The notes: generated from the sequence alone by a model not told the origin. A stretch of DNA of 64,000 bases from Chloroflexota bacterium (GCA_009840355.1 VXNZ01000050.1:33099-97098), one strand, 5' to 3'; numbered from the stretch's first letter, positions 9,572 to 20,161 are shown. Numbers and translations: made by a program.

Positions 9572-9808
9572 GACGATTTCACAAATCCTTAATGTTGTCA
9601 TTCCGCGCTATTTTTGTCATTCCGCGCTGTCTTTATAATTCCGCGCCTTTTCTTGTCATTCCGAACGCAGTGAGGAATCTGAAGCATGTCCCTGCGAAGG
9701 CAGGGATCGTCGCATGCAAACCTGTTTCCGACTTTAGATTTCTCGCTTTCGCTCGAAATGACAGGTATAAATCGCAAATGACAAGAAAAATTGCATTTGC
9801 GAAATCGG
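9572..9808. repeat. Nested inverted-repeat (MITE-like) element, copy 2 (expanded)
   Basis: Same outer arm (GACGATTTCACAAATCC ... CGATTTCGCAAATGCAA reverse complement) and same inner arms as copy 1. It also carries three partial tandem copies of GTCATTCCGCGC (9597-9660) and an internal hairpin GTCCCTGCGAAGGCAGGGAT. Confidence 0.7.
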
Positions 9809-9809
9809 C

Positions 9810-11683
<1,874 letters not shown>

Positions 11684-11725
11684 TTATCGCCCTGCCCTAT
11701 CCGTTTTTGGTATAGCGTGCCGTGT

Positions 11726-12697
11726 CTATCGAGAAGGCACGATGCGTTCGCCGTCATCGAGTGGCGCGAACGATGTGAGTTTCGTGAATGCGCGGAAGCG
11801 GCCTTCGATGTCTTGCATCGTGAGCGTGCGCACCCTGTCCGAGCTGAAGTCTTGCACGCAGAACGAGCCCATGACCGAGCCGAGCACGGTGGCACGGCGG
11901 TAACCTGCGGGCGTCGTGTCGCCGGTGGCTGCGATATAACCTACGAAGCCGGAAGCGAATGTGTCGCCCGCGCCGGTGGGATCGACAACATGGTCGAGCG
12001 GATACGCCGGCGCGGAGAAAACGTCATCGCCCATGTCAGTGCGGCCCAAGTCAGTGCGATTGAACACCAGCACGCCGTGCGCGCCGCGCTTCACCACGAC
12101 CACGCCGGGACCCATCGCCATAATGCGCCGCGCCGCGAGCACAAGGTTGCCTTCCTGCGCGTAGTCGCGCGCCTCGCCTTCGTCCATGAACAGCACATCG
12201 GCGCTGCTGACTATCTTGTCGAGCGAATCGCGCTTGGAATCTATCCAGAAGTTCATGGAATCAAGGGCGACGAGTTGGGGACGCCGTTCCATCTGTTGCA
12301 GAACGTCGAGTTGCAGTTCAGGGTCGATATTGGCGAGGAACAGGTACGGGCATTGGCGCTGTTCGGCGCTGAGATTGGGCGAGAAATCTGCGAACACGTT
12401 CAGCTGCGTGTCCAGCGTATCGCGCGCGTTGAGGTCTGCGCCGTAGTATTCGCCTGCCCAGCGGAATGTGCTGCCCGCCACTCTCCGCAAGCCGCTGACA
12501 TCGACGCCGCGAGAGCGCATCGCTTCGACATCCTTGTCCTGAAAGTCATCGCCAACAACAGCGACCACGCTGACGGGCGCGAACCGGCTGATGCCGATGG
12601 AGAAGTACATAGCAGACCCGCCGAGCGAAGTCTCACGGCTGGCAACCGGCGTTTTCACGGAGTCGTAGGCGACCGAGCCGACGACGAGTACGGTCAT
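11726..12697 (-). CDS. PfkB-family carbohydrate/nucleoside kinase (adenosine kinase suggested by context)
   Basis: PfkB signature DPTGAGDTFASGF near the C-terminus and a glycine-rich N-terminus. It lies directly upstream of ahcY on the same strand. Confidence 0.8.
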   Translation of the reverse strand: MTVLVVGSVAYDSVKTPVASRETSLGGSAMYFSIGISRFAPVSVVAVVGDDFQDKDVEAMRSRGVDVSGLRRVAGSTFRWAGEYYGADLNARDTLDTQLNVFADFSPNLSAEQRQCPYLFLANIDPELQLDVLQQMERRPQLVALDSMNFWIDSKRDSLDKIVSSADVLFMDEGEARDYAQEGNLVLAARRIMAMGPGVVVVKRGAHGVLVFNRTDLGRTDMGDDVFSAPAYPLDHVVDPTGAGDTFASGFVGYIAATGDTTPAGYRRATVLGSVMGSFCVQDFSSDRVRTLTMQDIEGRFRAFTKLTSFAPLDDGERIVPSR

Positions 12698-12774
12698 TGT
12701 TCGTCCTTTGGTGATGATAGGTGATGATTAGCGACAATAATTTAGCAGCAGATGAAGTCGGCGTTTGACAATAG

Positions 12775-12808
12775 TCCCTCCCCCTTCGGGAAAGGCTGGG
12801 ATTGGGGC
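12775..12808. repeat. REP-like hairpin element (degenerate copy)
   Basis: CCCTCCCCCTTCGGGAAAGGCTGGGATTGGGGC resembles the CCTTCCCCC-loop-GGGGGAAGGTTAGGATGGGGG family seen at 8 other sites. Confidence 0.5.
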
Positions 12809-12886
12809 AAACTGAATTACTTGATATAGCGATTACCGTAAGCCCGACCCGTCTAGCGCCACATTCTAGCTACACTAGGCAGCAGC

Positions 12887-13240
12887 CTATTCGTCCGCCC
12901 CGTAGCTAGTAGGCTTGCCGGCTTCGATCCATGCAGGCGTGCCCTCTTCGATGTTGTACAGGCGCTCGGAGTCGAAGCCCATCGCGGCTGCCATCTCGGC
13001 GGCGAGTCCGCTGCGCACGCCGATAGCGCAGATGAACAGCAGGTTCTTGTCTTCTGGCAGCTCGTCTATGCGCCCTAGCAGGGTGTCCACATGGATGAAG
13101 AGCGCGCCTTTGACATGGCCATCGGCGTATTCGTCGAGCGCGCGCACATCCACGACGACGGAATCGCCGGATGCCTGCATTTCCTCTGCCTCGTCGATGC
13201 TGATGCGGTAATATGGCTCGCCCGGGTTCTTGGTAGGCAT
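12887..13240 (-). CDS. Single-domain rhodanese-like sulfurtransferase
   Basis: Active-site loop FICAIGVRS (C-x4-R). 117 aa. GGAGG RBS upstream. Confidence 0.85.
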   Translation of the reverse strand: MPTKNPGEPYYRISIDEAEEMQASGDSVVVDVRALDEYADGHVKGALFIHVDTLLGRIDELPEDKNLLFICAIGVRSGLAAEMAAAMGFDSERLYNIEEGTPAWIEAGKPTSYGADE

Positions 13241-13307
13241 TGATATTCCTCCGTGATTTCTTGCGTGATTTCTTGGACTATGTGTGGTATGTCGGCGTTA
13301 TTTTAGA

Positions 13308-13338
13308 CAAAAAAATACTTCTCCCGATGAGAGAAGTT
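13308..13338 (-). terminator. Intrinsic terminator forming the expression platform of the SAM riboswitch
   Basis: Minus strand reads ACTTCTC-TCATCGG-GAGAAGT followed by ATTTTTTTG. The 5' arm contains CTCTCATC, which can alternatively pair with the P1 3' strand GATGAGAG (antiterminator logic). Confidence 0.75.
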
Positions 13339-13352
13339 CGTGTAATGCGCCG

Positions 13353-13469
13353 CTCTCATCTCCGAGCCGTCATAGGCTCTCCGGAATTAGCACCGATTCA
13401 CGCGCCGCAAGACGCGAAAAGGTTGCCGGGCTTCACAGGGCCGGTCCCTCAGCCACTCTTGATAAGAGA
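13353..13469 (-). promoter_or_regulatory. SAM-I (S-box) riboswitch aptamer
   Basis: Minus strand: CTCTTATCAAGAGTGGCTGAGGGACCGGCCCTGTGAAGCCCGGCAACC...GGTGCTAATTCCGGAGAGCC...GGCTCGGAGATGAGAG. This matches the conserved S-box blocks (CUUAUCAAGAG, GAGGGAC-GGCCC, UGAA-CCCGGCAACC, GGUGCUAAUUCC, AGAUGAGAG) and has P1 pairing. Confidence 0.9.
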
Positions 13470-13596
13470 TATTTGTATTCGATTGTTAACGCAATCAATA
13501 GTACAGGGCGGTATAGTGGGTGTCAAGGAAATGTGCGGGAGCTGACATCAATTTACAGGATGGATAGGATAAGGCAAATTGGAGTATTGGCTGGGG

Positions 13597-13638
13597 ATAA
13601 AGAAAATCCCCCGTGTGCCTGCGCCGAAAACGGGGGAT
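13597..13638 (-). terminator. Intrinsic terminator downstream of the Cys-rich ORF
   Basis: Minus strand ATCCCCCGT-loop-ACGGGGGAT (9-bp stem) followed by TTTCTTTAT. Confidence 0.6.
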
Positions 13639-13661
13639 GATTCTAAGTTCGGAGTTATGAG

Positions 13662-14006
13662 CTAAGCAACGATGTCCAATCCTCTATTGCTGTGCCCGAT
13701 GTGCCAATAACTGCAATATCGGCATTTGTATGGATACACTTCCGCATACTTTATACAACGGAAGTGATTTATATCAATAGCGGCTTGCGCCGCTTCTGTT
13801 TGTGTCTGATACTTGCCCGTTTTTCTAATGCATGAGCACCACTCACAAGAACACCTTCCAAGTTTTGCCTTAACGCAGTTCCTAATATATCTAATGTTTT
13901 CATTGTCTTTTCTCCAATGCCTCTTCTTCTGATGCTTATTGGGTACAAATCCGCCATGATTCAGGTCCTCATCTTCATATCCATACGACCAACCAAAATG
14001 GAGCAT
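13662..14006 (-). CDS. Cys/His-rich hypothetical protein (probable zinc-binding), AT-rich orphan
   Basis: 114 aa with CSCEWCSC and C-x9-CRYC-x3-H-x2-H (KCRYCSYWHIGH) clusters. It has its own terminator. A sampled line is ~43% GC by hand count. Confidence 0.5.
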   Translation of the reverse strand: MLHFGWSYGYEDEDLNHGGFVPNKHQKKRHWRKDNENIRYIRNCVKAKLGRCSCEWCSCIRKTGKYQTQTEAAQAAIDINHFRCIKYAEVYPYKCRYCSYWHIGHSNRGLDIVA

Positions 14007-14154
14007 AGAGCGCCTCCTCGACTAAAGGCGCAGACAACCTAAGCCTAACACAAAAGCAAGAAATTTCAAGGATCAACCCGCCGCCAAATTGACACTTGTC
14101 TGAAGGCGGTGCTACCATTGGCTTGTTGTTGGGCTTGGTATTCGGAGGGGCGCT

Positions 14155-14523
14155 TTGGCTGAAGAATACGCGGCAAATTGGACTGCGGCGCTCATCGTGG
14201 CGGGCGTTGGCGCGGCTGCTGTCGTCGGCATGTTCCTCGCATCCTACATCGTCGCGCCCAAGCGTCCGTCAGCCGTCAAGGACATCCCATACGAATGCGG
14301 CATCGAACCTGCGCCCTTTCGCTGGTCGCAGATTCAGATTCGCTACTATGTGTTCGCCATCCTGTTCCTGATATTCGACGTGGAAGCGGTATTCCTCTTC
14401 CCCTGGGCGGTCGTCTTCCTAGACACCATCCCCGCCGTCTTCTACGCGATGCTCATCTTCATCGCCATCCTGTTCTTCGGCGTGGTCTATGGCTGGCGCA
14501 AGGGGGTGCTGCATTGGCGATAA
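14155..14523 (+). CDS. nuoA: NADH-quinone oxidoreductase subunit A
   Basis: YECGIEP motif and three hydrophobic segments. TTG start with a GGAGGGG RBS. Confidence 0.9.
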   Translation: MAEEYAANWTAALIVAGVGAAAVVGMFLASYIVAPKRPSAVKDIPYECGIEPAPFRWSQIQIRYYVFAILFLIFDVEAVFLFPWAVVFLDTIPAVFYAMLIFIAILFFGVVYGWRKGVLHWR

Positions 14524-14600
14524 CGCCGGAGACGAATCCGCAGGACGGCATTTCACAACAGGACGAATTATCACTGGGCCCCCTGGCGCAGCACGGCGGT

Positions 14601-15152
14601 ATGACCCCATTGCCTATGGCGGACATGAAGCCGCTGGGCGTAGGGTACGAGCCCGGCAGGGGCAATTCGCCCGCCGACAGCGTACTGCACCGCGCGCTCC
14701 CCAACGCGCTCGTAGCCAAGTCGGACGAACTCTTCGCGCTCGCACGCAAGTCCTCGCTATGGACGCTTTCGTTCGGTCTCGCCTGCTGCGCCATCGAGAT
14801 GATAAGCGCGCACATGTCGCACCACGACATAGACCGCTTCGGCATCGTTACCTGGCCATCGCCGCGTCAGGCGGATGTGATGATTGTCGCCGGCACGGTC
14901 GTCAAGAAGATGGCAGACCCGATAAAGCTGCTGTACGAGCAGATGCCCGACCCGAAATGGGTCATCGCGATGGGCAGCTGCGCCACGAACGGCGGACCAT
15001 ACTACCGCTCGTACTCGGTCGTGATGGGCGTTGACCACCTGATACCCGTCGATGTGTATGTGCCCGGCTGCCCACCGCGACCGGAGGCGCTGATGTTCGG
15101 CTTGATGCAGCTGCAGGAGAAAATCCGGCAAGACGCCAAGCAGCGCGAATAG
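14601..15152 (+). CDS. nuoB: NADH-quinone oxidoreductase subunit B
   Basis: [26 protein letters not shown] and PGCPPRPE (N2 cluster cysteines). The start is set at the first ATG after the nuoA stop. The upstream part of track ORF 14178..15152 overlaps nuoA in another frame. Confidence 0.9.
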   Translation: MTPLPMADMKPLGVGYEPGRGNSPADSVLHRALPNALVAKSDELFALARKSSLWTLSFGLACCAIEMISAHMSHHDIDRFGIVTWPSPRQADVMIVAGTVVKKMADPIKLLYEQMPDPKWVIAMGSCATNGGPYYRSYSVVMGVDHLIPVDVYVPGCPPRPEALMFGLMQLQEKIRQDAKQRE

Positions 15153-15211
15153 GCGTCATCCACCATCATCTCCATCCTGTCCATCCTGTCAATTGCCTAC
15201 GGTGAGCCGAG

Positions 15212-15754
15212 ATGACAACGCCTTCAAATCGCCCTGCACGCCCACGCCGACCGCGCCGCGAACCAGTGAGCCCGACCGCGCCCGTAGCCCTAGACGCGCG
15301 CGGAGAGTCGCTGTCCGCCGTGCTGCAGGATGTGTTCGCAGACTTTGATGCGCAAGTCGGCGCCGCTGTGGACGAAGTTACGCTCACGGTGCGCCCGGAC
15401 GATGTGCCAGCCGTATGCCGCATCGCGCGACAGCATCCCGATATAGACTGCGGCTACCTGCGCTGCCTGTCCGTAGTGGACTATGTGGAGCGTTTGGAGG
15501 TGAACTATCATCTGTTCTCTCTGGACAAGCGGCACAAGTTCGTGGTGAAGACAAACTTGCCGTCGGACGAGCCCGTCGTGCCAACCATAGTGTCCATTTG
15601 GCGCGGCGCAAACTGGTTCGAACGCGAGGCTCACGACCTGTTCGGCGTAGTCTTCGACGGCCATCCCGATATGTCGCCACTGCTGCTGTACGACGGGTTC
15701 GAGGGCTTTCCGGGGCGTAAAAGCTTCCCGTTTCATGATTATGATGAGTGGTAG
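15212..15754 (+). CDS. nuoC: NADH-quinone oxidoreductase subunit C
   Basis: ANWFEREAHDLFGVVFDGHPD, the typical 30-kDa subunit motif. Confidence 0.9.
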   Translation: MTTPSNRPARPRRPRREPVSPTAPVALDARGESLSAVLQDVFADFDAQVGAAVDEVTLTVRPDDVPAVCRIARQHPDIDCGYLRCLSVVDYVERLEVNYHLFSLDKRHKFVVKTNLPSDEPVVPTIVSIWRGANWFEREAHDLFGVVFDGHPDMSPLLLYDGFEGFPGRKSFPFHDYDEW

Positions 15755-15818
15755 AATTGATAGAGCCGACATCGATGAACAGGGTATTTCAGGATAGCAG
15801 CGAGGGAGCGTAGGCGCG

Positions 15819-16079
15819 ATGGTTGAGCAGAAAGAGAAGAGTTACACGGCAACGACGCCTAGTGGATATGAGATAACGGTCGTTCACATGAGCAGAGAAG
15901 ATGTCGAGCGCGAGCTTGCGCGCTTCGAGGCGAAGTATGCCATGAGTTCGGCAGAGTTCGCGGCGAAGTGGAACGCAGGCGAGTTGGATTGCGCCGTTCG
16001 GGATTACTTCAAGTGGGAAGCATACTGCGACTTCATGGCAGAAAGGCATGGCGCCAAGGAATTGGCAATCGAGCATTAG
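15819..16079 (+). CDS. Small hypothetical protein (antitoxin-like), first gene of the cassette inserted in the nuo operon
   Basis: 86 aa. The SAEFAAKWNAGELD...FKWEAY pattern recurs in small TA-associated proteins as I recall. No firm family. Confidence 0.4.
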   Translation: MVEQKEKSYTATTPSGYEITVVHMSREDVERELARFEAKYAMSSAEFAAKWNAGELDCAVRDYFKWEAYCDFMAERHGAKELAIEH

Positions 16080-16115
16080 AATGTTCAAGAACTGATAATT
16101 GACTGAGGCAGGCGC

Positions 16116-16514
16116 GTGGACCCACTGCTGTACGATTATTTGGAGCACTGTATCGATGTCCTCACATCTGCGGGAAGTTACTCGATAGAAGATCGCGCCA
16201 TAAGATATTTGAGAGAGTCGCTTGCAATAATGAGCGTCACTTTGAAATTCTATGGAGGCAGCCACCTGAGCGCGCAAATGAGAGTAGGTTTAGTCAGGAA
16301 CATGCCTTTGCTGATCAGATATTCATTCCACTACATGGCGGCAGACGACAGTACCATATTCTACGACAATGCGCGCCATCACCAAGGATTGGAACACTTC
16401 CCGCATCACAAGCACATCGGCGCGAGCGAGCGCGTCATCGACTGCCCGCAGCCGACAATAGCGCAGATACGCGATGAAATTGTGGAACACTTGATTGGAG
16501 AGAGTTGCCAATGA
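16116..16514 (+). CDS. DUF6516/TumE-like putative toxin
   Basis: YDNARHHQGLEHFPHHKH motif (from memory, the hallmark of DUF6516/TumE proteins). The stop overlaps the hicB start (ATGA). Confidence 0.5.
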   Translation: MDPLLYDYLEHCIDVLTSAGSYSIEDRAIRYLRESLAIMSVTLKFYGGSHLSAQMRVGLVRNMPLLIRYSFHYMAADDSTIFYDNARHHQGLEHFPHHKHIGASERVIDCPQPTIAQIRDEIVEHLIGESCQ

Positions 16515-16777
16515 CAAAGGTAATGTACAAGGCAGAGATATTCCAAGAGGACGACTGCTTTGTCGGATATTGCCGCGAACTGGATGTATCAAGTTTCGGA
16601 GATACGCCCGAAGATGCCAAGGTGTCGCTGCAAGAAGCAATCGAGGCGTTCTTGGAGGGGTGCGAATATCTAGGGACGCTGGACAATGTGCTGACGGAAT
16701 CGGGATTCGCAAAGTTCGGCGACACATGGAAATTGAGAGAACGCATAACTGAAGACAAAATTGCGGTTGTAGGTTGA
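16511..16777 (+). CDS. hicB: HicB-family antitoxin
   Basis: YKAEIFQEDDCFVGYCRELDVSSFGDTPEDAKVSLQEAIEAFLE matches the HicB/UPF0150 N-terminal fold pattern. ATGA overlap upstream and TTGA overlap downstream. Confidence 0.75.
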   Translation: MTKVMYKAEIFQEDDCFVGYCRELDVSSFGDTPEDAKVSLQEAIEAFLEGCEYLGTLDNVLTESGFAKFGDTWKLRERITEDKIAVVG

Positions 16778-17022
16778 GTTCATCAGCAAGGCGACTTACG
16801 CCCATACCATATCTGACCTTGGTGAGGTTATTTGAACTGGAAGGCTTCCGAATTGTGCGACAAAGGGGCGACCACATAATAATGACCAAGCCGGGTGTAA
16901 ACCGTCCTGTTGTCATTAAGAGCAGCCCGCGCATGGTTGCCGTGACTCATATTCGCACTAATATGCGGACGGCGGGCATGAGCAGGGAGCGATATTTTCA
17001 ATTGCTGGAACGGGTCAGATAA
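16774..17022 (+). CDS. hicA: HicA-family mRNA interferase toxin
   Basis: LVRLFELEGFRIVRQRGDHIIMTKPG...VVI matches the HicA/YcfA pattern with the catalytic His context (GDH). Confidence 0.75.
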   Translation: MSSSARRLTPIPYLTLVRLFELEGFRIVRQRGDHIIMTKPGVNRPVVIKSSPRMVAVTHIRTNMRTAGMSRERYFQLLERVR

Positions 17023-17024
17023 CA

Positions 17025-18155
17025 ATGCAACTCCACCAACAGCAAACCGATCAAGCAGACGCTCTTGACCTGATGGTCAATATGGGACCGCAGCATCCTA
17101 GCACGCATGGCGTGTTTCGCGTCGTCATTTGGGTGGACGGCGAGCGCATCGTCCGGGCGGAGCCGCATATAGGCTATTTGCATCGCGGCTCGGAGAAGCT
17201 TTGCGAGGGCGAGCTATATAGCCAAGTCATCACGCTGTTCGACCGCCTCGACTATGTGGGCAACCTGAACTGCGAACTCGCCTTCGTGCTTGCCACCGAG
17301 AAGCTGATGGGAATCGAAGTGCCGGAACGCGCCGAGCACATCCGCGTCATACTCGCCGAGCTGAACCGCATCGCAAGCCATCTGCTCTTCTACGGCGTCT
17401 ATGGGCTGGACATGGGCGCGATGACGCCGATGCTCTACGGATTTCGCGAGCGCGAGCGCATTCAAGAACTGTTCGAGAGCGTTACCGGCGCGCGCCTGAT
17501 GCACAACTACTTCCGCATCGGCGGCGTCAAGGAAGACCTACCGGCCGACTTCCCGGCGCGCATGCACCGCCTTATGGAGCAACTGCGGCAAGGCATCGCC
17601 GAGTGTGACGCGCTTCTATCGCAGAACGAAATGTTCCTCGCGCGCACGAAGGGCATCGGCGCAATAAGCGCTGAAGACGCCCTAGACTACGGCATCACCG
17701 GACCGGCGCTGCGAGCGAGCGGCGTGCCGGAAGATGTGCGCATATCCGAGCCGTATTCCATCTACGACCGCTTCGATTTCGGCATACCCGTCGGAACATA
17801 CGGCGACTGCTGGGACAGGTACTATGTGCGCGTGGAAGAGATGCGCCAATCCGTTCGCATCATCGAGCAGGCGATGGCGTCGATGGAGTCGGGTCCCGTA
17901 ATGGCAAGCGATAGGCGCATAGCGCGCCCGCGTCCGCCAAAGGGCGAGGTGTATGTCCGCACGGAATCGCCGCGCGGCGACTTCGCCGTCTTCCTGGTCA
18001 GCGACGGCACGGACAAGCCTTATCGCGTCAAAGTGCGCGCGCCGTCATTCGCCAACCTGCAAGCGTTCCAGCACATGCTACGCGACGCCTATGTCGCCGA
18101 CGCCGTGGTGATTCTCGGCTCGATAGACATCATCCTGGGCGAAGTGGACAGGTAA
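17025..18155 (+). CDS. nuoD: NADH-quinone oxidoreductase subunit D
   Basis: NMGPQHPSTHGVFR, and RAPSFANLQ near the C-terminus. The ATG lies 2 nt after the hicA stop. Confidence 0.95.
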   Translation: MQLHQQQTDQADALDLMVNMGPQHPSTHGVFRVVIWVDGERIVRAEPHIGYLHRGSEKLCEGELYSQVITLFDRLDYVGNLNCELAFVLATEKLMGIEVPERAEHIRVILAELNRIASHLLFYGVYGLDMGAMTPMLYGFRERERIQELFESVTGARLMHNYFRIGGVKEDLPADFPARMHRLMEQLRQGIAECDALLSQNEMFLARTKGIGAISAEDALDYGITGPALRASGVPEDVRISEPYSIYDRFDFGIPVGTYGDCWDRYYVRVEEMRQSVRIIEQAMASMESGPVMASDRRIARPRPPKGEVYVRTESPRGDFAVFLVSDGTDKPYRVKVRAPSFANLQAFQHMLRDAYVADAVVILGSIDIILGEVDR

Positions 18156-18220
18156 CGCGGGCGTTTAACAGGATGAGGTAGGATAGCGTTAACGACAAGA
18201 ACAGAATCTCGGAGGATTAC

Positions 18221-19372
18221 ATGCAAATCACTGACATTACGGCGCACCTTGTGCATCCGGGCAAGGCGAAAAACCTGTGTTTCGTGAAGATTGACACGGA
18301 CGAGGGCATACATGGCTGGGGAGAGTGCTACACGCAGTCCGACCGCGACACACAGATTGTCGCGCATGTGGAGCAGCTCAAGCGCTACCTCATCGGGCGC
18401 GACCCCACTAACATCAAGCACTTCATGCAGATGGCATTCGACGACTTTGCCGGCAGGCGCGGCGCGATGGACTACTACTGCGCCATCAGCGGCCTCGAGC
18501 ACGCCATGTGGGACATCGCGGGCAAGGCTTATGGCGCGCCCGTGCATAAGCTCATCGGCGGCGCGTGTCGAGATAAGATTCGCGTCTATGCCAACGGCTG
18601 GTCCGGCGGCAACCCCACGCCCGAATCGCTCGCCGAGCGCGCATCCGAGGTCATAGAAGCAGGCTTCACCGCGCTCAAGTTCGACCCCATACCCGGACGC
18701 TGGCGCACATTTGTCGGCAAGGAAGTGGAAGACGCAGCCGTGGCGAATGTGCGCGCCGTCCGCGAAGCCGTAGGTCCCGATGTGGACATACTCGTTGAGA
18801 TGCACCGCCGACTCGCGCCCATGCACGCCGTCCGCATCGCCCACGAGATCGAGCAGTACCGCCCGTTCTGGTACGAAGAACCCGTGCTCGCCGAGAACAT
18901 CCCCGCGCTCGCCTCCGTGCGCCAGAAGATAAACATCCCCGTCGTGACCGGCGAGGAGCTTTACACCAAGTTCGAGTTCCGCGAGGTCTTCGAGAAGCAG
19001 GCGGCAGACATCCTCAACCCCGATGTCTGCAACGTCGGTGGCATCCTAGAACTCAAGGAAATCGCGGCAATGGCAGAGCCATACTTCGTCGTCATCTCGC
19101 CGCACAACTTCAACAGCACCACCGTCGGCTTGGCAGCAACCATACAAGTCTCAGCAGCCATACCCAACTTCCTCATAACCGAATACTTCGTCAACCTCGA
19201 AGACCTCGGCAACGACATCGCCAAGAACCCCTTCGAGGTCAAAGACGGCTACATCCAACTGCCCGATACCCCCGGACTAGGCATAGACCTAGACGAAGAG
19301 CGCCTCGCCGCCTATCCATACAAGCCCTTCCCGCCGCGCTCGCCCGCCCAAATCTGGGACGAGGGACCATAA
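18221..19372 (+). CDS. Enolase-superfamily (mandelate racemase/muconate lactonizing, galactonate-dehydratase-like) enzyme
   Basis: N-terminal capping domain pattern (KIDTDEGIHGWGEC), a LKFDP-type barrel strand, and VEMHRRL / WYEEP metal-ligand contexts. Confidence 0.85.
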   Translation: MQITDITAHLVHPGKAKNLCFVKIDTDEGIHGWGECYTQSDRDTQIVAHVEQLKRYLIGRDPTNIKHFMQMAFDDFAGRRGAMDYYCAISGLEHAMWDIAGKAYGAPVHKLIGGACRDKIRVYANGWSGGNPTPESLAERASEVIEAGFTALKFDPIPGRWRTFVGKEVEDAAVANVRAVREAVGPDVDILVEMHRRLAPMHAVRIAHEIEQYRPFWYEEPVLAENIPALASVRQKINIPVVTGEELYTKFEFREVFEKQAADILNPDVCNVGGILELKEIAAMAEPYFVVISPHNFNSTTVGLAATIQVSAAIPNFLITEYFVNLEDLGNDIAKNPFEVKDGYIQLPDTPGLGIDLDEERLAAYPYKPFPPRSPAQIWDEGP

Positions 19373-19411
19373 CTCACATCGATGTACAGGATAAGCAAGA
19401 TGAATTTTGTG

Positions 19412-19448
19412 CCTTCCCCCTCGATGGGGGAAGGTTAGGATGGGGGTG
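19412..19448. repeat. REP-like hairpin element
   Basis: CCTTCCCCC-TCGAT-GGGGGAAGG followed by TTAGGATGGGGGTG. Confidence 0.7.
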
Positions 19449-19477
19449 TAGTGAATGAATTATGCTCAGTCCTATTG

Positions 19478-19505
19478 TTGTCAACTGACACTTGACACTT
19501 GACAA
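19478..19505 (+). promoter_or_regulatory. Putative higBA operator/promoter
   Basis: TTGTCAA-CTGACA-CTTGACA-CTTGACAA: an inverted repeat TTGTCAA/TTGACAA enclosing tandem TTGACA (-35-like) boxes, 23 nt upstream of the higB ATG. Confidence 0.4.
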
Positions 19506-19527
19506 CGCAACCCCGTAGTCTGTTGGC

Positions 19528-19806
19528 ATGATAGTGTCGTTCAGAAATCGTCGGCTCGAAGCTCTCTACAACGGCAACGAGCGCAGGGTAGCGCCCCAAC
19601 ACTTGCGGAAGTTGAAGCGCATTCTCGGCCTCCTAGATATAAGCAGCACGCCAAGGGATATGGACATACCGGGCTTTCGTCTGCACTCCCTGACGGGCGA
19701 CCTCAGAGGACACTACGCTGTCTGGGTATCGGCGAACTGGCGAGTAACTTTCAGGTTCGATGAAGACGGTAACGCCGCCGATGTCGATTACACCGATTAC
19801 CACTAA
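19528..19806 (+). CDS. higB: HigB-type toxin (RelE/ParE superfamily, plasmid maintenance killer protein)
   Basis: IVSFRNRRLEALYNG...LKRILGLLD...PGFRLHSLTGDLRGHYAVWVSANWRVTFRF, the typical HigB/killer-protein pattern. Confidence 0.8.
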   Translation: MIVSFRNRRLEALYNGNERRVAPQHLRKLKRILGLLDISSTPRDMDIPGFRLHSLTGDLRGHYAVWVSANWRVTFRFDEDGNAADVDYTDYH

Positions 19807-19818
19807 GGAGACGCTGCT

Positions 19819-20118
19819 ATGCCTATGCACAACCCGCCCCATCCCGGAGAAATCGTTAAGTATGAATGTCTCGAACCACTGGGCTTGACCGTAACGCGCG
19901 CCGCTGAAGGCTTAGGCATAACCCGGCAGGCGCTGTCCAATCTCGTGAATGAAAAGTCGGACATGTCGGTTGACATGGCGCTGCGGCTCTCGCAGGCGTT
20001 CGGCTCAACCCCGGAGACATGGCTGAGATTGCAGATGGCTCACGACCTGTGGCAAGCGCGAGAGCAAGCCGAACAAATCAAGGTCGAGCGATTCGCCGCA
20101 GCGAATACGGCCGATTAA
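19819..20118 (+). CDS. higA: HigA-family antitoxin (XRE-type HTH)
   Basis: HPGEIVKYECLEPLGLTVTRAAEGLGITRQALSNLVNEKSDMSVDMALRLSQAFG. Confidence 0.85.
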   Translation: MPMHNPPHPGEIVKYECLEPLGLTVTRAAEGLGITRQALSNLVNEKSDMSVDMALRLSQAFGSTPETWLRLQMAHDLWQAREQAEQIKVERFAAANTAD

Positions 20119-20161
20119 GCGGCTGACGTTGATGTACAGGACAAGGTGAAAGCTGGACGAC

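Noticed and set aside
9597-9660. Three closely spaced GTCATTCCGCGC units, and the many dispersed repeats elsewhere, considered as a CRISPR array.
   Set aside because: The units are ~12 nt, irregularly spaced partial duplications of a MITE arm. There are no 28-37-nt repeats with unique spacers and no cas genes.
14178-14600. The first 141 codons of track ORF 14178..15152, read as part of NuoB.
   Set aside because: This part overlaps nuoA in a different frame and is Arg/His-rich. NuoB similarity begins only after the nuoA stop.
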